Positions 12,347 through 22,430 of a stretch of 48,909 nucleotides of DNA are shown in pieces (the first letter of the stretch is position 1; every line of letters starts with the position of its first letter). The notes under the pieces are model-generated. The model worked only from the letters and a program-made list of their open reading frames with translations, was not told the DNA's origin and did no database searches. The position numbers and the translations under genes are program-made. This DNA is from Octopus sinensis (taxonomy: Eukaryota): NCBI RefSeq assembly GCF_006345805.1, contig NW_021834391.1:1-48909 (forward strand). The letters are read 5' to 3'.

Positions 12347-12650
12347 GTGTTTGTATGTGTTTGTGTGTCTGTGTTTGTCCCCCCAACATTGCTTGACAAC
12401 CGATGCTGGTGTGTTTACGTCCCCGTAACTTAGCGGTTCGGCAAAAAGACCGAAAGAATAGGTACTAGGCTTACAAAGAATAAGTCCTTGGGTTGATTTG
12501 CTCAACTAAAAAGGCTCTGCTCCAGCATGGACACAATCAAACGACTGAAACAAGTAATAGAGTAAAGAGAATTCATATACGCACATATATACGTTAGTAT
12601 ATCTGTGAGAAATTTTATCTTTATTAAGTATGAACATATATGTGTGTATG

Positions 12651-12704
<54 letters not shown>

Positions 12705-13425
12705 GTATATGTATGAATAAGTGTGTATATGCGTATGAATATACGTAGTAATATGCGCATGAATATATATACACTCACATAAATCTAATTCGTAGATACT
12801 TCCAACAAACTACAGAGGTAAGGTAAGTATCAATGCATCTCAAAATAATAATACAACGGATGCATGAATGTTTCAAGTTGTTTATAAATTCCAAAGAATA
12901 TTCTTAAAAATATAAATCATAAATTACAGAGCAAATATATATTTAATAAAATGCATGAAAGCAAACAGGAAAAATTAGAGAATGTGAATAAAACATTACG
13001 TTGTCATTAAAAAATGGCATAAAGTCATTCTTATACACGTATCTAATGTATCTTCATAGAATTTGAATATGTATAGTTCATTACATCAAAGCTGCAACTT
13101 GGGAAAGAAAATTGAAGAGAGGAGAGATTACAAAAGAAAACTGTAATTTCGAGTATGTACGTTGCCTTTGTATTATTTCGGGAAATTTGTTTATAGAAAT
13201 TCTCAAGACAGTGTAATCATCACTTAAATCTTTCACAAGCATCCGACACGAAAATTTCCAACTCCCTTTCATTATTTCACCTAGCATATTTATTTAGTAT
13301 ATTATATAAATACTTATTCACATGAATACAAAGACATATGCATGTAAGAATGTGTGAATGTTATATATGCATATATATGTGTGTGTGAGCGCGCACACAC
13401 GCGTATATATATATACACACACACA

Positions 13426-13527
<102 letters not shown>

Positions 13528-13533
13528 TCATGT

Positions 13534-13798
13534 GGAGTCGCAATGGCCTAGTGGTTAAGGCAGCGGACTCACGGTCGTAGGATCGCGGTTTCGATATCTA
13601 GACCGGGTGTGCTGAGTGTTTATCGAGCGAAAACACCTAAAACTCCTAGAGGTGGTGACGATCCCTGCTGTACTCTTTCGCCACACTCTCTCTCTTTCTT
13701 CTGTAGGCTGCTCGCGAAGGCTAAAACAATACGGTGCGCATTGTGACCTGCGATGTGTAGCAACATCTGATGGCCTGGTCGATCACGTGATCCCGTGA
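13534..13798 (+). mobile_element. SINE family C (tRNA-derived head)
   Basis: A box TGGCCTAGTGG and B-box-like GTTTCGATATC; body shared with the minus-strand copy at 32216-32491. Confidence 0.85.
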
Positions 13799-14165
13799 AT
13801 ATTCTGCTATAATATATATATATATACGTATGAGTGTATATATATGTATTACACTGGGTATCATTACTTCATATTTATCCATAGAAATACTTTTGTCTTT
13901 CGTAATTTCTCTCTGCTCCTTACACCATCATCCACCACCTCCCACACACACACGCACACACGCAAGCACACACACGGTTCATATGTTTTAGTGAGGTTAT
14001 TCCCTTTCTTTCCACACTCCCACAACATACGCACATTGAGACATACGCACATATGCCTGCATATATCACACCATATATTTCATTCAAATATGTAGATGAA
14101 ATCAGAGCTATGGCGGCTAAGCTAAATGTGAGATGAATGTATCTGCCTAATATTTCACCCCTAAA

Positions 14166-14339
14166 GGCGGCGAGTTGGCAGAAACGTTAGCACGCCGGGC
14201 GAAAAGCGTAGCCGTATTTCGTCTGACGTTACGTTCTGAGTTCATATTCCGCCGAGGTCGACTTGCCTTTCATCCTTTCGACTTAATCCGTTTGTCTGTC
14301 CCCTCTGTGTTTAGCCCCTTGTGGGTAGTAAAGAAAAAA
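14166..14339 (+). mobile_element. SINE family A, alternative tail, internally deleted, with 15-bp TSD
   Basis: TSD AATATTTCACCCCTA at 14149-14163 and 14340-14354. Confidence 0.92.
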
Positions 14340-15393
14340 AATATTTCACCCCTACAAATGGTATGATATGCCTACCTATACCATACCATATATTTTCTTA
14401 CAAATATTATTTATGATCTCTACTAATTCACTTTATACACCATAAATCTTTGGCCTCGACCAAGTAAAATTTGTCCTAGCCTAAGAATTTATATATTTTT
14501 AGTCAATTACGTTTTCATTGTATACAAACAAAGAGTCTAAATGACTGAATCCCGTATACTAAATTTTTTATTTGTTATCGTCGCGGAACATAGGCGCTTG
14601 ATATTTAAAGATTGAAATTAGACAGACGATTCTTGATACAATAACATATTTGTTATTTTGTTTAATATCTTCCCATTATCTCTATATTTGCAATTCCTTT
14701 ATTTACTAATTTTGCAATTTAATCTAATTTTGCAATTAAACTGATTTTGTAATTTAAACATATAATGGACACTGGCGCTATACTGATATTTCTTCTTTCT
14801 TAAAATGATCTCGCATTTATATCAAATACAAACAGTTATTTCAATTATGATTCAGTATGGAAAGAATATTTTTATAAGAATTCATGTCCTTGCTGAGTCA
14901 AGATAATACTCCATAAGTGACCAGAGGATAGGGACACATATTTCTCTAACTTGCCGGCCGCGCCAGAGTGATGATACAAGGGGAACATATGCAGTGAAAT
15001 ATTTCCAAGATAAACGGGAAGTGGCGCGGGAACCAAGTGCCTCAACTTAATGATTGGATTCTCATGATGGCGTCTACCGATAAGCACAAAATCTCCCAGT
15101 TGTGGTCGGTTGTCACAGAACGTACACATTCCCTGTTAGTAGACTTAATTTCCATTACGTCTAGTGAATGCTTTGACCTAGAGAACATGCTTCGTGAAGC
15201 CGGGATCACATCCGAATAAATTGCACTTAAATGAACGATTTAAAATTTTTACAGGCACAAAAGTAATGGAATTAAAATGGATGTCACATCTGAATAGCTG
15301 ACCCGGAACGAACTTTATACGTTGTTCACTTATTTGGCTGCGGCCATGCTAGAGCACGTATATATATATATATGAATATATATATATGAATAT

Positions 15394-15760
15394 ATTTATA
15401 TTATATTGAGGGTACTACTATTCGTAGATACCAACACGCTAAGAGGGACCAATGCGGTCACTGACGAACATGAAATGCATATTCTGCATTAAATGCGAAA
15501 TCACATGTGATATGTAACTGAATTCTTTTTTAAAATGATGTGTTTTGAAGTTTTGCATTCGGTAAAATTTTGTTTATTTTTAGTAGTTTTGACCGCATTG
15601 GTCCCTCTTAGCGTGTTGGTATCTACGAATAGTAGTACCCTCAATATAATATAAATGAATATTTTCAAAGAGGAAGAATTTACGGATTTTTTCTCTTACG
15701 AGGTTTTTCACGCTGACTACTGATAATTTCTTTTAAAGATTTTATCCTCAATTGTTAATA
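15394..15760 (+). mobile_element. Element with perfect 67-bp inverted arms (15394-15460 and 15590-15656) and a one-sided ~100-bp tail; probable Penelope-like terminus
   Basis: Arms are 67/67 reverse complements; TA-rich flanks; hammerhead-like core immediately inside the left arm. Confidence 0.65.
15459..15518 (+). ncRNA. Truncated hammerhead-like motif
   Basis: CUGACGA, hairpin 15468-15496, GAA, 12-nt palindrome AUCACAUGUGAU, then A; only 2 bp of stem I remain. Confidence 0.5.
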
Positions 15761-15823
15761 TATATGAATATATATATATATATAAATATATATATGAATA
15801 TAAATATAAATATGTATATATGT

Positions 15824-15834
15824 ATCTATCTATC

Positions 15835-15914
<80 letters not shown>
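15824..15914. repeat. (ATCT)n microsatellite
   Basis: Direct reading. Confidence 0.95.
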
Positions 15915-15915
<1 letters not shown>

Positions 15916-15929
15916 ATATATATATATAA

Positions 15930-16300
15930 CGGGAAGCTTTATGAAAATAGAAAAAAGACGAAGGCAGGTTTACGGAAATAAACAAAAGACGAAGGCAGGT
16001 GGAATACAAACAAACAATTGTATTAGTATGGCGCTCAGGAAATATAAATAAAACAAGTCTTTAACGTTTCGAGCCTACGCTCTTCAACAGAAAGATACAC
16101 AGAGAAAAAACACAGAAAGAAGGAGTGAAAATAATGCGCGCAGAAGCTAGCGAATCAACATGGCGATCTGATTTCGGCCAGAAGTCAAAGATCAAACGTG
16201 AGACGAAATTAGGGGAGATAATAGGGTTAAATGACCTCGCTCCAACATAAATAACGGTATCTTAGTATACCACCATCCTAGATATAGCACCTAATAATTT
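15930..16300 (-). mobile_element. Penelope-like terminal repeat fragment with hammerhead-like motif (right boundary approximate)
   Basis: Starts at the end of a (TA)n tract; internal direct repeat AAAGACGAAGGCAGGT x2; related to 11153; hammerhead fold at 16058-16095. Confidence 0.55.
16058..16095 (-). ncRNA. Minimal type I hammerhead-like motif, atypical core
   Basis: 5'-UCUUU CUGUUGA A GAGC-GUAG-GCUC GAA ACGU U AAAGA-3': stems I and II pair, palindromic ACGU, but A6U and one extra A. Confidence 0.55.
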
Positions 16301-16397
16301 TAATAATAATGATTAAATATGAGGTTTTCATTCCCAAGCTAGCCACCTGATAGAATCGGTATTTTAAATAACGATCATATCCTTATATATATATATA

Positions 16398-16609
16398 CTG
16401 GAGTAAGCACATAAATGCGAAACATGGTGGAAAAAATAGTACTCGAATACCAGAGATATTGAAAAGCTGCAAAAATATAACAAAAGCTGTTACTCAGTGT
16501 TTCACATTCCTGTTCGTCGGACAGTTTGGTTTCAAAAAAACTGTCCGACGAACGGGAATGTGAAAATCTGAGTGATATTTGTTTGTAATATTTTTGTTGC
16601 TTTTCAATA
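16398..16609 (-). mobile_element. Penelope-like terminus: ~60-bp tail plus diverged ~70-bp inverted arms (16457-16527 and 16538-16609)
   Basis: Arms align as reverse complements; tail matches 41547; flanked by (TA)n on both sides. Confidence 0.75.
16487..16524 (-). ncRNA. Minimal type I hammerhead, U4C core
   Basis: 5'-CUGU CCGACGA ACA-GGAA-UGU GAA ACACUGAGU A ACAG-3'; degenerate mirror copy on the plus strand at 16541-16578. Confidence 0.65.
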
Positions 16610-16624
16610 AATTATATATATGTG

Positions 16625-16678
<54 letters not shown>

Positions 16679-17798
16679 GTGTGTGTGTGTGTGTTTGTGT
16701 ATTTGTGTGTGTGTTTGAGTGTGTGTGTGTCTGTGTGTGTGTCAAATTCTCATATTGCGAGCATAAGACGTCTTACTACTTCGTCAAAAATGATTGATTA
16801 AACCACAGAGAATGCATGATGTAATAAAGGTCGAAGCAAAAGATCGTAATGTCAATGAACTACATCAATTCCGAACGAAAATATAACACGCAAACGCGCG
16901 CACGCACAGGGATACCCACACACGGACAAACCCGGACACACCCGCACAAACAAGCGCACACATATCTATCTTGAAAGAACTGAGTGGAACTTTCCTCAGT
17001 ATCTCACGAGAAGCAAAGGGTTTGCATTTTCAAGCCTGGGAAACAATCAAATTACCGTAGCTACACTTTCAACTATTAAGTCATTTTATAATCACTTTAT
17101 GCACCTCTATTACCAGTTGAGCACTTAATTTAATTACCAGCTCATCAGGCAAGTAACCTTATTGCTTCGTATTTGAAATAGCCGTTAATTTGGATTAGTC
17201 ACCATTATTGTAATATATAGTCATTTAAAGCAGTGGAATGAAAGCTGGAGAACGTGAGGTTTTCAATTCAATAAGTAAGCCCAAGTAGGTTCATTATCAT
17301 CATTTAATATTCAGCTTGCGTCAAGCGTTAATGCAGAAAATCATGATTAGCTGTGCAACTAATGTCGGTCTGGTTTACAAAAAGACATTTTAACAAGTGT
17401 TATATTTCGAAATCGACGCCGTCTTTGCAATTTTATTTATCATTGTTGCAAATACATACATGCGCACATATATACGATCTCACATACACACATACACACA
17501 GACACATAGACACAAACACACACATACACACATGCACGAACAGGTGCAAGTATTTGGCTTTGAATTGCTTTTCAAGATTCTCGGTGTGAACACGTGAACT
17601 CTTGTGTTTAACCATATTTTGTTGTATCTTACGAGCGTCGCTGAAGTATAAACTGCTTGTGTTAATTATTAGCATAGTAACTCTATATATATGTGTATCT
17701 TGACTATTGAGTAATTGTAACATTATTTTATAGATAAATTTCCTCAATTTACATAATATTGAGATCTCTATCTTTCTTTTGTTATCTTACCGTTTTTA

Positions 17799-17856
<58 letters not shown>

Positions 17857-17872
17857 CATACATACATATATG

Positions 17873-18766
17873 TAGAGGATGCGGTAAATACATTGTCGTG
17901 TGAATTACGCAAAAATGAAAATATCACTGGCATCTCATTTTAGCAGCTACATTTCCTAAACTTACATAAAAATATCTTGAAATACTAAAGAATAAGTTTG
18001 TTCAGTAACATTGCCATTGGCTTGAACCACGGCCTCCAGGCGACTTCGGAATCTCTTGCAACACTTAGAGACGGTCTTCTTGTTGAAGATGATAAATGTT
18101 GCTATAATCCTTGCATTCAGTTCAGTGTTACAAGGAGTTTTGTTGGTCTCTCGCTCAACTGGGCCCCACGCATAATAATCAAGTGAGTTGCAGTCCTAGG
18201 AGTTAAGTGGCCAAATGTTAGGAGTGGTGTGGTCGCAGAAATTGTATCACAGCCATGAGTAAGTTCTACTTGTGCATCATGATGCAGAGTCCTGTTGCCA
18301 GACAAATGATGTTCCAGTAGCCACACTCTTCACCTAGGGCAGGACTACCTCCCCCAGGCTCTTGTGTTGAGTTTGAGGCCTTGTGGAAAGATGTATGACA
18401 GTATAACCTCGCTATCAATATTGATCACTCGAAATGGTATGAAGGTGACTGGATATTCGAATTTTATCACTCTCCATACATCCCCAGACTGCACTGTCCT
18501 CGGTACATCATCAGATTGCACTGTCTTTAGCTTGACATCCAAATACTCTGAAACGTTCATACTGGAGCTGCCCGTGCGAATGCTAAGCAGTACAGCAAGT
18601 CTTTTCCAAATTTCTAGCAGACTGAATTCAGTCATGGAGCCGTTTTTCCCACAGACAGTGCCTAACTGATCCTACAATACTGTGTAGTCGACAAAATCAA
18701 AAACAAATAACGCGCATGCGCGAAATTTAAAATATGAAATGGCAACAACTTACGCATTAAACACTG
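17873..18766 (-). mobile_element. Decayed, internally deleted Tc1/mariner-superfamily transposon (maT/DD37D-like)
   Basis: Minus-strand translation with stops: FVWQQDSA...NIWPLNS*DCNSLDYYAWG...RFRSRLEAVVQANG, plus an N-terminal HTH-like piece. 36 residues lie between the last two Asp. Right end CACTG|TA; left TIR not clearly seen. Confidence 0.85.
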
Positions 18767-18831
18767 TATTCGTTTATTCTTTATTCTTTCAAATGTTTCA
18801 ACCCTGAGGCTGGGACACCTCCAGTGTACTG

Positions 18832-18913
<82 letters not shown>

Positions 18914-19076
18914 GGAGAGAGAGTGTGTGTGTGTGAGAGTGAGAATGTGAGAGAGAGAGCGCGAAAAACAGATATACATGCATAAGTATAACAGCTACTG
19001 ACATGTACACAAAATCTCACCCACAACACACACACGCATTATATAGGTATATATTTAGGATTAAATAAATATAGAT

Positions 19077-19268
19077 TTCAAATCTTGGCACAAGGCCAGC
19101 ATTTTATTTCAGAGGGGAAGTCGAATACATCTGTTACTTTATTTATCGACTCAGAAGAAATGGAATGTGGAATCGAACTTAGCGGAATCTGAATTCAAGA
19201 TGTGAAGACTGACAAAATACCGCGAAGCATATCGGGTATTGTGCTTACGATTCTGCCTCCTCGCCACC
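19077..19268 (-). mobile_element. SINE family A copy (diverged)
   Basis: Reverse complement aligns to family A. Confidence 0.8.
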
Positions 19269-20609
19269 TTCCGAATTCAGTAAATACTTTATGTAATATA
19301 TATTATAATATGCGTACTGGTTTACTTATTCACTTGGTGTGTATTTCATGTTGTATGAGACCACCATATTTCACACACATGCGCACATTAAATCTGCATA
19401 CGTATTGAAACACATGCGCGCGCACACACCAACGCACGCATTCACTCATGGATGTAGTCATACCTATATATTCGTCTATATGTCTCCGTGCGTGTTCATA
19501 TTTATGTAGACATATATATCTTTCTGAGATATGCATGTGTAAAAAATATAAACCTGGAAAACCTGTATTCCGGTAATAACAACTACCAGAATATCATATC
19601 GCTATATTTGTTCTGGAGTTTACACACAATTCCTTGAGACTCTTATCTCGGCATTATAAACATAATGAACCACTGTTCGGGTTTTTGAAATTTAACAGGT
19701 TTTAAGACCATTGCACACACAACTGTGCTGTAAAACACAGAAAAAAATGCTTGAACGACAGAGAAATTGCTTCAAGAGCAACTCTGCTTATATTTAGAAT
19801 ATAGTAAGGCTCTGCCAGTGATGAAAGTTAATATATTTTCAAAAAAACACCGAAATGGATATTTTACTTTGAAATAACAAGACAGATTAAATAACCCTAA
19901 ACTAAAAATTTAACAACCTTGATATTGCTACATTATCCAGTTATTATTCGCCTTCTAGAATACTAGTTTGTATTAGCATTGCCATTGTCATCAAGAAAGC
20001 TACACAGACCTTATATAATATAAAGACAAGTTTTTTAGATAGCCATCCTCACTAGGTTTATATAGTCAATCTGAAAGAAATGCTCAGAAAAACGAATCCT
20101 TCTTCACAACCGTATCGCAAAAGAATGTGGATGTATATGATCGTACAATGCATAATCTCAGTATATCTAAGTGAAATATTTTATTAGTGTGAATGCAGAA
20201 TGATTGAACAAATAACGAGCAATAAGAATTCATGAACATATTTTTTCGACTATAAAGCTGTAAAGACATTGGGATTGTGAATGGATTGATCTACGGTTTA
20301 AGGCCTTTAGACACTGCTTTGGAACAATATCTAATCTATAGCAACTACGTAACAGATTCAACAGAATTCAGTCTGGCAGACGAGTTTTTATACATGTATA
20401 TAAATGTATATATATATATATATATATATAATCTGTTCTGCCTGTTAGTGTCTGTGTGAGTGTGGCTTGTAGGATCTCGAACATCCTCCATCCGATTGCG
20501 CTTAAATTTGATATGGAGATACCGACGGTATCAGGGCGTGTACAAGTCTTGAAAGAAATTACAAAATCGCTTCCAAGTGAGAATGCGATCGATAAAGCCG
20601 TGGGAAACC

Positions 20610-20985
20610 GTTTTTCATTGGAATAGAACAAAGTCTATTTTTATTTCTTCTTTTGCTGGTGTCTGTAATTTAGGTTAAATCAGACGGTCGGACAAGTTGT
20701 TTTGAGAAAATTTGGTTTAAATGTTTGACAACTCAGCACTGTCCATTGGACGGAGGGTTTTGCTCGTATATATATATATATATATATATCAGTGTGTGTA
20801 TACATATAGTTTTTCATTGAATAGAACAAAGTCTATTTTTATTTCTTCTTTTGCTGGTGTCTGTAATTTAGGTTAAATCAGACGGTCGGACAAGTTGTTT
20901 TGAGAAAATTTGGTTTAAATGTTTGACAACTCAGCACTGTCCATTGGACGGAGGGTTTTGCTCGTATATATATATAGATATATAT

Positions 20986-21032
<47 letters not shown>

Positions 21033-21060
21033 ATATATATCAGTGTGTGTATACATATAG
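20610..21060. repeat. Near-perfect ~200-bp tandem duplication (20610-20808 and 20809-21060)
   Basis: Unique parts identical except a 1-bp indel; (TA)n length differs. Confidence 0.95.
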
Positions 21061-21298
21061 TTAAAGAAAACAGAAAATGGAGAAATATTGATGAACTAAA
21101 ATTGACTTACATCAATTATTATTTATTAGTACAGTACAAACGGACTGTATCCGATCTAACAGCTCTTTGTGTATATGTTCATATGGATATTTTCTCCTTT
21201 ATATTCTTCTTTAACAAGATTTTCTTAGCTTTGGCATTTTTTTCAATCTAGCAACACTATTATCAAGTAACATAATAAAAGATTTATCAGATAGCCAT

Positions 21299-21503
21299 CT
21301 GCGTTACGTTTATACGTGTGAGTATGTGTGTGAATGTAAGTATGTGTGTGTGTGGTTGTGTATGTATGTGTGTGTGTGATTGTATGTTAATATCGAGGAA
21401 CGAGAATGAATTGAAAGGCTACGATGGTTTTCATGCCAAGAGATCTGGGGACGGTCATTGAAAAATATATGTTATGGACGAGGAAAACCTTATATACAAC
21501 TGC
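21299..21503 (+). repeat. ~205-bp repeat, inverted partner at 27164-27364
   Basis: Shared GTTAATATCGAGGAACGAGAATGAATTGAAAGGCT...CTTATATACAACTGC. Confidence 0.9.
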
Positions 21504-21818
21504 AGCGCCAAAAAATTACTATTGGACTTTGTAATCTTATCAGGCGCGTCTATAGCAATTAGAAAATAAAATAAAGACACTCCACGCGTCAGGCGCGATA
21601 ATGAATTGAATTGAATGTTGATTTCCTATCAAGATTGAAAATAGACATCAAAGGCTCATATAATATATTAGTCAATTAGACTAGGTAACTTAGCATATGG
21701 CATTGTACTTACATATAACTGCACATGTCACAATGTGTTACTTGTTAAGAAAAAGTTTTTGCAAAACGGATACATGTATGCTAGTATCATTGTATGAATA
21801 TAAGGGATTAAGTATTTT

Positions 21819-21878
<60 letters not shown>

Positions 21879-22126
21879 TGATAATTAGTGGTATCTTATA
21901 TATTAATATATTTTATATGTAAATTATAATATGTAATACATGTATGTATATTCTTGTGGTTGTCATTTTATCAAATAAATAAATAAGTTGAGATAATATA
22001 TATAAAAGTTGATCAACCACCTATTGATCCCCTCCATTTTCTTATAGCTCTCTCTCTCTCTCCCTCTCTGTCTGTCTGTCTGTCTGTCTCACTCTCTCTC
22101 TCTCTGTCTGTATATATATATATATA

Positions 22127-22430
22127 GATTCAGTCCCACTGCGTGGCCGACCAAAGCTTGTGAATAAATTTGGCAGACGGAAACTGAAGGAAGCCCGTCG
22201 TATATGTATATATGTATATTATGCGTGTGTATATGTTTGTCTCCCCAACATTGCTTGACAACCGAAGGTGTTGTGTTTACGTCAACGTAATTTTGTGGTT
22301 CGACAAAAGAAACCGTTAGAATAAGTACTAGGCATGCAAAGAATGAGCCCTGGGGTCGATTCGTTCGACTAAAGGCGGTGCCACAGCATGGCCGCAGTCA
22401 AATGACTGAAACAAATAAAATAATAAAGAG
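22127..22430 (+). mobile_element. SINE family B, 5'-truncated
   Basis: TTCAGTCCCACTGCGTGG...GGCCGCAGTCAAATGACTGAAACAAATAAAA. Confidence 0.88.

Larger units (their letters stand above)
11693..12570 (+). mobile_element. SINE family B with a Penelope-like terminus inserted in its internal (TA)n
   Basis: B head and core at 11693-11846; B 3' half resumes at ~12298 and runs to the tail at 12570. Confidence 0.9.

Noticed and set aside
13534-13610. tRNA gene
   Set aside because: A and B boxes are present but no closing acceptor stem; the sequence continues into a body shared with 32216-32491, so it is a SINE head.
15394-15656. MITE interpretation of the 67-bp inverted repeat
   Set aside because: No clear TSD, arms fade into AT-rich flank, and there is a one-sided tail and a hammerhead-like core; kept only as an alternative.
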